The translations under genes were made by a program, and so were the position numbers. A stretch of 64,000 bases of DNA from Eledone cirrhosa. Taxonomy: Eukaryota. The first letter of the stretch is position 1, and each line of letters starts with the position of its first letter. Shown here one piece after another: positions 31,947 through 46,176 of this stretch. Below the pieces are notes generated by a model that was given only the letters and a program-made list of their open reading frames with translations, made no database searches and had not been told where the DNA came from. The stretch is taken from the NCBI GenBank assembly GCA_964016885.1, contig OZ024740.1, positions 42,036,001 through 42,100,000 on the forward strand, read 5' to 3'.

Positions 31947-32126
31947 TGGAGTGTGCTCAAAAGGGCCACACCTTATCAAAATAGTAGAAACGAATGTAGA
32001 TTATGTTCCCAAGAACTTTTTGAAATAATGAAATCTAAGGATATCCTATTAAATAAACGACAGGAATTAATAATATCGTGTAATCATAAACTGAGAAAAA
32101 CCTTTAAATATTATAAACCTAATTAA
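31947..32126 (+). pseudogene. Naiad-type PLE ORF C-terminus
   Basis: WSVLKRATPYQNSRNECRLCSQELFEIMKSKDILLNKRQELIISCNHKLRKTFKYYKPN*. Confidence 0.85.
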
Positions 32127-32546
32127 TATACACTTTAGAAATTAATTTATAAATTATTTTTAATTTAGTTAACCTATAATTAATATTCTACTACTGATGA
32201 ACTACATAATTCTGCTTTAAAAATTATGAACCTAATTAATATACACTTTTGAAATTAATATATAAACTATTTTTAATTTAGTTAACCTATAATTAATATT
32301 CTACTACTGATGAACTACATAATTTTGCTTTCCTTCTTACAAACATCATTTTCTAAAACTGATACCATTAAGTAAACATATATAATGCTTTAACTTCAGG
32401 TTATGACTCTATGTTCTTTGAAAACTATATATATTTACTATTTCTCACTAATAAATTTAATCCCCCGCCCAATAATTATATGTATATATAAGTGTATATG
32501 TGTGTGTATATGTATGTGTATGTATGTATATGTGCATGTATATATC

Positions 32547-32603
<57 letters not shown>

Positions 32604-32850
32604 ATATATATATATGTATATGTATATATGTGTGTATGTGTGTGTGTGTATGTGTATATATATGTATATATATGTATATATATAAGTGTATATATATGTA
32701 TATATATATATATGTGTGTATGTGTATATATATGCATATATATATGTATATATATATATGTATAAGTATATATATATATATATTATTATTTTTATATTCT
32801 TTTAATTTCCCCTCATCTTTAACAGCACTTATCAACTGCATCTAACACTT

Positions 32851-33290
32851 ATACACAGAAACACAACCATACAAACATACACCTATACACCGACACACAA
32901 CCATACACACATACACGTATACACAGACACACAACCATACACACATACACATATACACAGACACACAACCATACACACATACACATATACACAGACACAC
33001 AACCATACACACATACACCTATACACAGACACACAACTATACACACATACACCTATACACCGACACACAACCATACTCACATACACGTATACACAGACAC
33101 ACAACCATACACACATACACATATACACAGACACACAACCATACACACATACACATATACACAGACACACAACCATACACACATACACTTATACACAGAC
33201 ACAGAACCATACACACATACACTTATACACAGACACAGAACCATACACACATACACCTATACACAGACACACAACCATACACACACAATG
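32851..33290. repeat. 34 bp minisatellite, ~13 copies
   Basis: Unit atacacagacacacaaccatacacacatacacNt. Confidence 0.85.
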
Positions 33291-33661
33291 TATAAACAGA
33301 CGCACACAAATATTTATGTTCTATTTTAAGTACAATTTGAGTCTCCAGTGTACTCCAGTGTACTCCAGTGTACTCCTGTGGTCTCAGAGGATCATCAGAT
33401 ATGATTGTTTTGTCACAGGACATTGAGTACATAGGAGAATCGCCATAATAACAGTAATCAAACTTTGCCTTAAAAAAGAAAATATTTAGCTCTACTATGA
33501 TATTGAGTACACATTCTCGCAACGGTCAATACTAAGTGTTTATACACACACACACACACATATATGTACATATATATATATGTATGTATATATATATGTA
33601 TATATATATGTGTATATATATATATTTATGTATATATATGTATGTATACATATATATATAT

Positions 33662-33837
33662 ACGTTATTCCGGGTTGAATCGGAGGTAACCACAGTAAGT
33701 AAGGTACTCAATACATACCAGAGTATAAAAGTTTTAATATAGATGAGATTCTACAGGACTAGAACTGTTTCATTCTTTAGAAATAATCAGGAATCTGATG
33801 ATTTCTAAAGAATGAAATAGTCCTGTAGAATCTCATC

Positions 33838-33840
<3 letters not shown>
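33662..33840. mobile_element. Fold-back pLTR mini-element with two damaged HHR copies (6969 family)
   Basis: Minus copy 33746-33796 (core CTGATTA); plus copy from 33795 with a stem III deletion. Confidence 0.75.
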
Positions 33841-33916
<76 letters not shown>

Positions 33917-34308
33917 GCCCGGACATGGCCACTGCTCAATCACTAAAACCAGGAAAAGAATAATATATATAAAAACACACACATATATCCGTATGTATGA
34001 TAACACTGGGAGACGCCAGCGAAACTGCAGGTAACAGGATTCACTATTTAGCCTTAAGAAAATGAATATATAGACAGATATAGAGATTCTTATTTTGGGG
34101 GATTTTGTATTGAATTTTCATTTGGAACTTGTCTTACACTTTTAGTAAGAAATTAACACATTCATCTTCGCACAAACACACACACATGGATTAGTGAACA
34201 CTTGTGTTTACAAACGAAGAGAAACGAAAAGTACTAAATACTTGAGTGTATTTCATTAGAAGCTGAAAGTTCGTGAAGTGTAACTCAGATATTCATTTTG
34301 TCGATCAT

Positions 34309-34310
34309 TA

Positions 34311-34342
<32 letters not shown>

Positions 34343-34424
34343 GTATTTGTCCCCTTCTTTTGTGCCCCTGTGGCTAATAAAGAAATATATCTATCTATCT
34401 ATCTATCTATCTATCTCTCTCTCT
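34309..34424 (+). repeat. (CTAT)n - 44 bp Tx1 3'-end stub (34342-34385) - (CTAT)n(CT)n
   Basis: Stub identical to 40222-40265. Confidence 0.85.
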
Positions 34425-34646
34425 ATAAGACGTGTGTAACTTCGCGGAGAAGTTTCCGTTAATTTATGTAAGAAAAAAACGTGAGTTTTCAATTAAATTT
34501 TATATTATTGTGTAACTTGGTCCCCCGTTTGGACCTTCAGGTGGTGGGTCAACTCATTTTCGCCCCTACAGGGGCGAAATATTCGTTTTAAAAATTTTTT
34601 CTCCATCGAAATTTGGAAAAAAAATATTATAAGTTTGATTACGTTA

Positions 34647-36560
34647 TGAACGCTGCGTTCAACGATAATGGTGGTGGAGAGTCGGTGAGACTACAGAGCT
34701 CGCAGTCAACATCGTCTTCTTCCCTTTCCTTCTCAATAGCTACTATAGAGATGGAAAGACGAAATGAAAATGTAAAAACAAATTCATGTCCAAACAACAC
34801 AAATGACACCAAACAGTTCAATGGCAACAAAAATAACAGCAACACCAATAATGATGATAAAAACAACAATGATAACAACAACAAAGAAAAAAATAAAGAC
34901 AACACCAATAACACCAGCATCAAAGACAACAACAACACCAACACCAACACCAAGGAAAATACGAATAATATCAACATCGGTGACAACAAGAATAACAACA
35001 ACAATAACAAGAATAATGACAACACCACCAACACGGATAATTCCACAAAGAAACCAAAATCTCCTTTGCACAGACAGTTCAGAAAAAGGAGGAACTGACA
35101 TATCTCGACATAACAAATGCCGAACAACTTTTAAAGAACGCTAGGAGATATGTCACTTTCGAAAAAAATGGTGCTTTCAGCATCAATTCTCCGGTAGAAA
35201 TTCGCAAGGAAACTGCTCTCAAAACGATAGTTTTTAGGACAGTTTCCAATTCTACCCGAAAACCAGTCCAATTGTCACAGAAAGAAATTGGATGGTTTTC
35301 AAAAATTCAATGAATGATATTGCATTCATTCAAAGAAGCAAACTTTTTGGGAGTATTTCGGTACTCATGAAGGATCAATTGACGGCCCAAAATTACTCTG
35401 TGTCGCCAATTGTATCCAACCTGTACACCTTTTTCCCTACATACATGGGAAAAAGGACACAAAAGATCAAAATCACGAGTGTCACACCAAAGGTAAACAT
35501 ATGGTGGATACTGTGCGGCTTCATCAATTTTGATGAAGACAGAATACTGTCAGTAGGAAAGACCCCCAGAGATGTATTCAATGGGACTAGCATTGAAGTT
35601 CTGGTGCAAATGAGCCCAGAGCGAATAGCTATGATCCCACAACGTGTACTCCTGGACGGACTCACCTACATAAACTTCATGTTACCATTGCTTTAGCAGG
35701 GGTCACCTGAGGGCTTCCTGTCCTAAATTAATGAGTAAAAAAAAGGCTCTTCTGCCGACACCCATCAAAACAACACAACCACCAACACCACCACAACAAC
35801 AACAACACCAACACACAAAAATAACCACAACAAACACAGTCGCACCCAACCCCACTCCACCTAAAACCACTGCAAAATCACAAACAGACACAACAGCTCC
35901 CCAAGACATGCCCCTCCCCAATCACACAGACTATACAACAGATGAGGCTATCTCGCCATCACCCAGTGAAGACGAGGGAGAACCCCATCGCTCGAAAAGA
36001 AAGAAAAGACATCACAAAAGCAAAAAACCAGCACTACCACAAACATACAACCACCAACACAAACAACAAAAACATCACAAACAAAACCCCCACCTCCTGA
36101 AAACAAAATACCTACAACAAAACGAAAGCACACACAAGAACTACAGACAAAAACAAACACAACACAAGAAAATTACACTTACACTTACATAAACACTGAA
36201 AACAAAACACTAATGGAGACCATCACGAACGACCCTTCGGTGAAAACCGAAGAGAAAACTTCGCCCACTCTATTAAAAATAACAAAAAACTGAACCTAAA
36301 ACTGATTAGGGTCCGTATACAAACTTATAGGTCCCTAAAAGAAACATTTGAGAAGGATGTGGGGAATTCCTGCGTGAAACCACTTAACCGCGTCCTTCTC
36401 AAATGTCTCCCCACCCCATACACCCCCATCCCACCAGACCCCACCACACCAAACACTCCGTCCCCACCCCGCCGGAAACCACCACCCATCCAGACAACCC
36501 CTCCAGCACCCCCATGGAAATCGTGCAGCCTGGTCCCCGGGAGACGAAGGGTGAGTGATC
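34647..36560 (+). pseudogene. Tx1 ORF1 (gag-like), frameshifted, boundaries approximate
   Basis: Asn-rich N-terminus; CCHC knuckle CYHCFSRGHLRASC at 35680-35721; Pro/Thr-rich tail. Confidence 0.7.
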
Positions 36561-36591
36561 TATTTTCCTCTTTTAACTTTTCAGCACCAAC

Positions 36592-39500
36592 ATGGCCAAT
36601 ATAAGAGTTGGATGTGTGAACGAATGCGGCCTGGGGATGCCCTGGAAACAGGGCAAACTCTTAAACGACCTCAGGTCGCACAGTATGGATGTGGTAGCCA
36701 TTTGCGAGTCCAGGATCCACAGCGAGCGACAGCTGGCCCCCATCTTCGATGACTTTGAGATCTACGCATCTCTCTGTCAACCGGGGGGTGGGGGCGGAGT
36801 TGCCGTTTTGCTGCGGAAACACCTGGGCCTCGTAACACAGACGGTACATCTGGACCCGGAGGGTCGACTGGTGGTCCTAGACGTTGACGGTAGTGAAGGT
36901 GGAGCCTTCAGGCTGGTGGCCGCATATGCCCCATCCGGGACACCGCGGCCAGACTTCTTCAAACGTCTAGAGACTTTTCTGGGAACGTCCCGCTCCTTGC
37001 TTTTAGTGGGGGACTGGAATGGAATCCTAGATGCACGTTGGGACTATGTTGGAGCATGTCCCGATAAAGGGGGGTGTAACAGCCTCAAATAGTTAATCGA
37101 CCGGTTTGACCTGCCCGATAGATATCGACTAGATTTTCAGACTGCGCCACCGTGGACGTGGAGTAATCGTAGTGGAACATCTAGATCGTACCTAGATAAG
37201 GTTCTAGTTAGAAATAAGGATAGGGACATGTTAAGCTGTCCACAAATGTTCATGGTTGCCTATTCAGATCACAAACTAGTGACCTGCATGGCCAACCTTG
37301 ATAGAACCCATAGACAAGGACCCGGCTACTGGAAGCTGAATTTGTCGTTACCAACAAGCAAAGCCTACAGTAGACGGATTAGCACTTTAGTTAAACAGCA
37401 CTTGACAGGGGCCATTGTCAACAACAGATGGTGGTACTCTCTCAAGAGGGCAGTTAGATTAGACTCGTTAGTTTTTAGTAAAGAATTAGCGTTAGATAGA
37501 AATAGAACCGAGAAGGAACTGGTAGATAAAGTAGAAGAGGCAATTAGAAGTGGCAACGTAGCCAGCGTGCTAGCAACGAGAACGGCCTTGGACCAGTTCT
37601 TCGACGCAAAGCACGAGGGCTGCGTTGTCAGAAGCAAAATAGGTGCTCTAGGTAACGAGGGAGCCAAAGCTGTTAGCTGGGCCCGGGTGACGGAAGCAAA
37701 AAGTGGCAATAAGTCCACGATTCGGTCTTTCAAGGACCAAGACGGACGCGTGATACGTAAGCCGAAGCAGATGTGTGCGGCCTTTCAGCGGCACTTTGCT
37801 CAGCTGTTCGGGCAGGACGCCGCGCCGGGAGGGGCTATGGATTTCGGTCCATACCTCGACGGCCTACCGCGACTCTCGGACAGCGAGGCAAAGTTCTGCG
37901 AAAAGCCGATTTCAGCCGCTGAGATAGGGGACGCGCTGAGTCAATGCGGCAAACTCAAATCTCCAGGTCTCGACGGTCTACCCTACGAATATTACGTAGC
38001 AATGCCGGATTGTTCTCCGGTCTCCTGGAAGCGGTCTACTGCAACTGGCAACAGAACGGGAGAATTCCCAGTTCTGTAACCGGGGGCGTGGTCACACTAA
38101 TCAGGAAGGACGAGAATAAGGGGGATGACATAGGCAACTTCCGGCCCATAACTCTGCTAAACACAGAGTTACAGATTTTGGCCAAGGTGTTGGCAAAGAG
38201 GCTGGTGCTTTTCGCCGAGAACCTGGTGGGAGAAGCGCAGACATGCGCGATCCCGACCAGGTCCATACACGACAACCTCCACCTCATGCGATACATCATA
38301 GAGAGGGTAGGGTGTAAACCCGGCTTCGGTGGGGCCCTGATCAACTTGGATCAGTCTAAGGCTTTCGATAGGGTTGACCATCGTTACCTGGATGCGGTGC
38401 TCGAGGCGGCAGGCTTCGGACCCGTGTTCAGGGGCTGGATTGCTGCAATGCACAACAGCAACATCTGCTCAAGGGTCAAGGTGAACGGTTACCTCTCGGA
38501 GCCGTTCCATATTACGCGATCCATTCGACAGGGATGCCCTCTCTCCTCCCTTCTGTACGTACTGACTCTCGAGCCACTACTGCGGAAGCTGGAGCTATTG
38601 CAGGGCATCCCTCTGGAACCGGGACTGCCGAAAGCGGCGTCGGCCTACGCCGACGACGTGACAGTAATGGTGTCGAGCGCCTCGCAAATCGAGGAAGTCG
38701 GCACCTTACTAAAGGAATACGAAAGTCTCACAGGAGCGAAGCTGAACCGGGACAAGTCCATCGGTTTGCAACTCGGATCGTGGAGAGGCAGACCGATGCC
38801 TTCCGATGGCGTCGTCGGACGCTGGACGGAAGGACCGGTAAAGCTGCTCGGGGTCTGGTTTGGTCCGGACCTCCAGGTGGAGAAGAACTGGAACGAAGTG
38901 ACGGCCAAGGTGTTTGCACTCACCCAGAAGTGGGCCGAGTGCAAACTATCCTTGAAAGGTCGAGCGGAGGTGGCGAACACTTTTATAGCGTCCGCCATCT
39001 ACTACCGCTTGACCGTCGTGCCTTGTCCAGCCAAAACGCTCGCCAAAATGGAGCGCGCCCTCTTCCGATTCCTTTGGAAGAGGCGGGCTCCTTTGGTAAG
39101 AAGATCCATCTGCTGCCAACACCCTTCTAACGGAGGGCTGGGGATGCCGTGGTTGACGATGCGCAAACACGCGCTCAGGCTGCGGCATCTCTACGTATTC
39201 CTCACCGGACAACCGGTGTGGGCCCCGTTCGTGAGGCGAGCCTTCCCACGACTCGTCTCGCTGACCGAGCTGCAGTCCTGGGTCAAGCAGAGACCGAGGA
39301 AAATGGGCGACTGGCACATCGAATGTGCTCAGGCGCTCACAGCCCTCTGGCAGGCGGACCCGGCGATCAGTGGAGACTCCACTTCGTCATTCTATAGAGG
39401 GTTGGTCCGCAGCAAGTGCGACGACGCGCTCGGTGAAACTCTAGGCGTGGAGGAAGATGAACTGGCCAGTCTGTTCGGTAGGACCTTCCGCCCGGGACCG

Positions 39501-40028
39501 ATGGACAACTTCCAAAAGTCCCTGGCCTGGCAGTGCTACCGAGGAGCTCTACCAGTTCGAGACAAGCTCTACAGACATGGGCGCCCGGGCAGGGACCCTG
39601 CAAAAAAGATCTGTCCGAGGTGCGTGCGAGACGAAGAAACCGTCGCGCACGCATTCATACACTGCCCGGGCGTCACTGACCTGTGGGGCTATGTGGAACG
39701 ACTATTGTCGCGGGTGGGACCAATCCAGTTGACCACCGAGTCCATTGTCATGATCAAACCGCCACCCTCCTTCAAAAACGAAGGAGAGGCGGTTTTCCTT
39801 TGTGTGATAGCTATGGCGAAAGAGGTTGTATGGTGGACAAGGTTGAAAGGGCTGAGGTCAGACACCTTTCTCTCCGGCCAACAACTGATTCTTTTTTTCA
39901 AATACCACTTTGGAAGAAGAATCAGGATGGAGAGAGAGGTGCTGTACCCCAGCAAGTTTTATGAAAGGTGGGTGAAAGTGGCGAGAATGGCCCGAGTGAA
40001 TGGGCCTTCTCTCTATATCAGCCTGTAG
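36592..40028 (+). pseudogene. Tx1 ORF2: APE endonuclease, reverse transcriptase, C-terminal zinc finger
   Basis: VNECGL, ICES, GDWN, YLD, SDH, GPGYWKLN, KSPGLDGL, FRPITLLN, DQSKAFDRVDH, RQGCPLS, AYADD, CPRC..EET..H...C; stop at 37090-37092 and frameshift ~38010. Confidence 0.93.
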
Positions 40029-40267
40029 GTTGAGGAAAAGGAGGAGGAGAGGAAAGGAGTACAAGCTCTTCGTACTCCTGGAGATGAGGGTTGCACATTT
40101 TTTTCGGGGGTCTGTGTTACCCATATAAACTGTCTCCCTCTATTGGGGAAAATCGACTAACTTTTAAATTCCATCTGTGATAACATTTTACACGTTTTTA
40201 TTGTATGTAAACTTCCCCCTTTGTATTTGTCCCCTTCTTTTGTGCCCCTGTGGCTAATAAAGAAATA

Positions 40268-40300
<33 letters not shown>

Positions 40301-40308
40301 CTCTCTCT

Positions 40309-43300
40309 ATAAGACGTGTGTAACTTCGCGGAGAAGTTTCCGTTAATTTATGTAAGAAAAAAACGCGAGTTTTCAATTAAATTTTATATTATTGTGTAAC
40401 TTGGTCCCCCGTTTGGACCTTCAGGTGGTGGGTCAACTCATTTTCGCCCCTACAGGGGCGAAATATTCGTTTTAAAAATTTTTTCTCCATCGAAATTTGG
40501 AAAAAAAATATTATAAGTTTGATTACGTTATGAACGCTGCGTTCAACGATAATGGTGGTGGAGAGTCGGTGAGACTACAGAGCTCGCAGTCAACATCGTC
40601 TTCTTCCCTTTCCTTCTCAATAGCTACTATAGAGATGGAAAGACGAAATGAAAATGTAAAAACAAATTCATGTCCAAACAACACAAATGACACCAAACAG
40701 TTCAATGGCAACAAAAATAACAGCAACACCAATAATGATGATAAAAACAACAATGATAACAACAACAAAGAAAAAAATAAAGACAACACCAATAACACCA
40801 GCATCAAAGACAACAACAACACCAACACCAACACCAAGGAAAATACGAATAATATCAACATCGGTGACAACAAGAATAACAACAACAATAACAAGAATAA
40901 TGACAACACCACCAACACGGATAATTCCACAAAGAAACCAAAATCTCCTTTGCACAGACAGTTCAGAAAAAGGAGGAACTGACATATCTCGACATAACAA
41001 ATGCCGAACAACTTTTAAAGAACGCTAGGAGATATGTCACTTTCGAAAAAAATGGTGCTTTCAGCATCAATTCTCCGGTAGAAATTCGCAAGGAAACTGC
41101 TCTCAAAACGATAGTTTTTAGGACAGTTTCCAATTCTACCCGAAAACCAGTCCAATTGTCACAGAAAGAAATTGGATGGTTTTCAAAAATTCAATGAATG
41201 ATATTGCATTCATTCAAAGAAGCAAACTTTTTGGGAGTATTTCGGTACTCATGAAGGATCAATTGACGGCCCAAAATTACTCTGTGTCGCCAATTGTATC
41301 CAACCTGTACACCTTTTTCCCTACATACATGGGAAAAAGGACACAAAAGATCAAAATCACGAGTGTCACACCAAAGGTAAACATATGGTGGATACTGTGC
41401 GGCTTCATCAATTTTGATGAAGACAGAATACTGTCAGTAGGAAAGACCCCCAGAGATGTATTCAATGGGACTAGCATTGAAGTTCTGGTGCAAATGAGCC
41501 CAGAGCGAATAGCTATGATCCCACAACGTGTACTCCTGGACGGACTCACCTACATAAACTTCATGTTACCATTGCTTTAGCAGGGGTCACCTGAGGGCTT
41601 CCTGTCCTAAATTAATGAGTAAAAAAAAGGCTCTTCTGCCGACACCCATCAAAACAACACAACCACCAACACCACCACAACAACAACAACACCAACACAC
41701 AAAAATAACCACAACAAACACAGTCGCACCCAACCCCACTCCACCTAAAACCACTGCAAAATCACAAACAGACACAACAGCTCCCCAAGACATGCCCCTC
41801 CCCAATCACACAGACTATACAACAGATGAGGCTATCTCGCCATCACCCAGTGAAGACGAGGGAGAACCCCATCGCTCGAAAAGAAAGAAAAGACATCACA
41901 AAAGCAAAAAACCAGCACTACCACAAACATACAACCACCAACACAAACAACAAAAACATCACAAACAAAACCCCCACCTCCTGAAAACAAAATACCTACA
42001 ACAAAACGAAAGCACACACAAGAACTACAGACAAAAACAAACACAACACAAGAAAATTACACTTACACTTACATAAACACTGAAAACAAAACACTAATGG
42101 AGACCATCACGAACGACCCTTCGGTGAAAACCGAAGAGAAAACTTCGCCCACTCTATTAAAAATAACAAAAAACTGAACCTAAAACTGATTAGGGTCCGT
42201 ATACAAACTTATAGGTCCCTAAAAGAAACATTTGAGAAGGATGTGGGGAATTCCTGCGTGAAACCACTTAACCGCGTCCTTCTCAAATGTCTCCCCACCC
42301 CATACACCCCCATCCCACCAGACCCCACCACACCAAACACTCCGTCCCCACCCCGCCGGAAACCACCACCCATCCAGACAACCCCTCCAGCACCCCCATG
42401 GAAATCGTGCAGCCTGGTCCCCGGGAGACGAAGGGTGAGTGATCTATTTTCCTCTTTTAACTTTTCAGCACCAACATGGCCAATATAAGAGTTGGATGTG
42501 TGAACGAATGCGGCCTGGGGATGCCCTGGAAACAGGGCAAACTCTTAAACGACCTCAGGTCGCACAGTATGGATGTGGTAGCCATTTGCGAGTCCAGGAT
42601 CCACAGCGAGCGACAGCTGGCCCCCATCTTCGATGACTTTGAGATCTACGCATCTCTCTGTCAACCGGGGGGTGGGGGCGGAGTTGCCGTTTTGCTGCGG
42701 AAACACCTGGGCCTCGTAACACAGACGGTACATCTGGACCCGGAGGGTCGACTGGTGGTCCTAGACGTTGACGGTAGTGAAGGTGGAGCCTTCAGGCTGG
42801 TGGCCGCATATGCCCCATCCGGGACACCGCGGCCAGACTTCTTCAAACGTCTAGAGACTTTTCTGGGAACGTCCCGCTCCTTGCTTTTAGTGGGGGACTG
42901 GAATGGAATCCTAGATGCACGTTGGGACTATGTTGGAGCATGTCCCGATAAAGGGGGGTGTAACAGCCTCAAATAGTTAATCGACCGGTTTGACCTGCCC
43001 GATAGATATCGACTAGATTTTCAGACTGCGCCACCGTGGACGTGGAGTAATCGTAGTGGAACATCTAGATCGTACCTAGATAAGGTTCTAGTTAGAAATA
43101 AGGATAGGGACATGTTAAGCTGTCCACAAATGTTCATGGTTGCCTATTCAGATCACAAACTAGTGACCTGCATGGCCAACCTTGATAGAACCCATAGACA
43201 AGGACCCGGCTACTGGAAGCTGAATTTGTCGTTACCAACAAGCAAAGCCTACAGTAGACGGATTAGCACTTTAGTTAAACAGCACTTGACAGGGGCCATT

Positions 43301-46148
43301 GTCAACAACAGATGGTGGTACTCTCTCAAGAGGGCAGTTAGATTAGACTCGTTAGTTTTTAGTAAAGAATTAGCGTTAGATAGAAATAGAACCGAGAAGG
43401 AACTGGTAGATAAAGTAGAAGAGGCAATTAGAAGTGGCAACGTAGCCAGCGTGCTAGCAACGAGAACGGCCTTGGACCAGTTCTTCGACGCAAAGCACGA
43501 GGGCTGCGTTGTCAGAAGCAAAATAGGTGCTCTAGGTAACGAGGGAGCCAAAGCTGTTAGCTGGGCCCGGGTGACGGAAGCAAAAAGTGGCAATAAGTCC
43601 ACGATTCGGTCTTTCAAGGACCAAGACGGACGCGTGATACGTAAGCCGAAGCAGATGTGTGCGGCCTTTCAGCGGCACTTTGCTCAGCTGTTCGGGCAGG
43701 ACGCCGCGCCGGGAGGGGCTATGGATTTCGGTCCATACCTCGACGGCCTACCGCGACTCTCGGACAGCGAGGCAAAGTTCTGCGAAAAGCCGATTTCAGC
43801 CGCTGAGATAGGGGACGCGCTGAGTCAATGCGGCAAACTCAAATCTCCAGGTCTCGACGGTCTACCCTACGAATATTACGTAGCAATGCCGGATTGTTCT
43901 CCGGTCTCCTGGAAGCGGTCTACTGCAACTGGCAACAGAACGGGAGAATTCCCAGTTCTGTAACCGGGGGCGTGGTCACACTAATCAGGAAGGACGAGAA
44001 TAAGGGGGATGACATAGGCAACTTCCGGCCCATAACTCTGCTAAACACAGAGTTACAGATTTTGGCCAAGGTGTTGGCAAAGAGGCTGGTGCTTTTCGCC
44101 GAGAACCTGGTGGGAGAAGCGCAAACATGCGCAATCCCGACCAGGTACATACACGGCAACCTCCACCTCATGCGATACATCATAGACAGGGTAGGGTGTA
44201 AACCCGGCTTCGGTGAGGCCCTGATCAACTTGGATCAGTCTAAGGCTTTCGATAGGGTTGACCATCGTTACCTGGATGCGATGCTCGAGGCGGCAGGCTT
44301 CGGACCCGTGTTCAGGGGCTAGATTGCTGCAATGCACAACAGCAACATCTGCTCAAGGGTCAAGGTAAACGGCTACTTCTCGGAGCCGTTCCATATTACG
44401 CGATCCATTCGACAGGGATGCCCTCTCTCCTCCCTTCTGTACGTACTGACTCTCGAGCCACTACTGCGGAAGTTGGAGCTATTGCAGGGCATCCCTCTGG
44501 AACCGAGACTGCGGAAAGCGGCGTCGGCCTACGCCGACGACGTGACAGTAATGGTGTCGAGCGCCTCGCAAATCGAGGAAGTCGGCACCTTACTGAAGGA
44601 ATACGAAAGTTTCACAGGAGCGAAGCTGAACCGGGACAAGTCCATCGGTTTGCAACTCGGATCGTGGAGAGGCAAACCGATGCCTTGCGATGGCGTCGTC
44701 GGACGCTGGACGGAAGGACCGGTAATGCTGCTCGGGGTCTGGTTTGGTCCGGACCTCCAGGTGGAAAAGAACTGGAACGAAGTGACGGCCAAGGTGTTTG
44801 CACTCACCCAGAAGTGGGCCGAGTGCAAACTATCCTTGAAAGGTCGAGCGGAGGTGGCGAACACTTTTATAGCGTCCGCCATCTACTACCGCTTGACCGT
44901 CGTGCCATGTCCAGCCAAAACGCTCGCCAAAATGGAGCGCGCGCTCTTCCAATTCCTTTGGAAGAGGCGGGCTCCTTTGGTGAGAAGATCCATCTGCTGC
45001 CAACACCCTTCTAACGGAGGGCTGGGGATGCCGTGGTTGACGATGCGCAAACACGCGCTCAGGCTGCGGCATCTCTACGTATTCCTTACCGGACAACCGG
45101 TGTGGGCCCCGTTCGTGAGGCGAGCCTTCCCACGACTCGTCTCGCTGACTGAGCTGCAGTCTTGGGTCAAGCAAAGACCGAGGAAAATGGGCGACTGGCA
45201 CATAGAATGTGCTCAGGCGCTCACAGCCCTCTGGCAGGCGGATCCGGCGATCAGTGGAGACTCCACTTCGTCATTCTATAGAGGGTTGATCCGCAGCAAG
45301 TGCGACGACGCGCTCGGTGAAACTCTAGGCATAGAGGAAGATGAACTGGCCAGTCTGTTCGGTAGGACCTTCCGCCCGGGACCGATGGACAACTTCCAAA
45401 AGTCCCTGGCCTGGCAGTGCTACTGAGGAGCTCTACCAGTTCGAGACAAGCTCTACAGACATGGGCGCCCGGGCAGGGACCCTGCAAAAAAGATCTGTCC
45501 GAGGTGCGTGCGAGACGAAGAAACCGTCGCGCACGCATTCATACACTGCCCGGGCGTCACTGACCTGTGGGGCTATGTAGAACGACTATTGTCGCGGGTG
45601 GGACCAATCCGGTTGACCACCGAGTCCATTGTCATGATCAAACCGCCATCTCCTTCAAAAACGAAGGAGAGGCGGTTTTCCTTTGTGTGATAGCTATGGC
45701 GAAAGAGGTTGTATGGTGGACAAGGTTGAAAGGGTTGAAGTCAGACACCTTTCTCTCCGGCCAACAACTGATTCTTTTTTTCAAATACCACTTTGGAAGA
45801 AGAATCAGGATGGAGAGAGAGGTGCTGTACCCCAGCAAGTTTTATGAAAGGTGGGTGAAAGTCGCCAGAATGGCCCGAGTGAATGGGCCTTCTCTCTATA
45901 TCAGCCTGTAGGTTGAGGAAAAGGAGGAGGAGAGGAAAGGAGTACAAACTCTTCGTACTCCTGGAGATGAGGGTTGCACATTTATTCGGGGGTATTTGTT
46001 ACCCATATAAACTGTCTTCCTCTATTGGGGAAAATCGACTAACTTTTTAAATTGCATTTGTGATAACATTTTACACGTTTTTATCGTATGTAAACTTCCC
46101 CCTTTGTATTTGTCCTCTTCTTTTGTGCCCCTGTGGCTAATAAAGAAA
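40309..46148 (+). mobile_element. Tx1-clade non-LTR retrotransposon, copy 2 (offset 5884 bp from copy 1)
   Basis: Tandem copy; 5' ~3.8 kb nearly identical to copy 1, 3' ~2 kb diverged. Confidence 0.92.
42476..45911 (+). pseudogene. Tx1 ORF2 copy 2
   Basis: Same lesions as copy 1, plus stops at 44320 and 45424 and a frameshift ~45648. Confidence 0.92.
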
Positions 46149-46176
46149 CATATCTAACTATCTGTCTATCTATCTT

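Larger units (their letters stand above)
30715..32852 (+). mobile_element. 5'-truncated Naiad-type PLE with long inverted pLTR (31471-31947 is the reverse complement of ~32358-32852)
   Basis: Inverted arms, coding remnant, HHR in the minus arm. Confidence 0.82.
34425..40265 (+). mobile_element. Tx1-clade non-LTR retrotransposon, copy 1 (full length)
   Basis: ORF1 remnant + APE/RT/zinc-finger ORF2 + aataaa 3' end followed by (CTAT)n. Confidence 0.92.

Noticed and set aside
32190-32320. Two CTGATGA motifs
   Set aside because: No suitably placed stem II/GAAA/stem III; part of a tandem duplication
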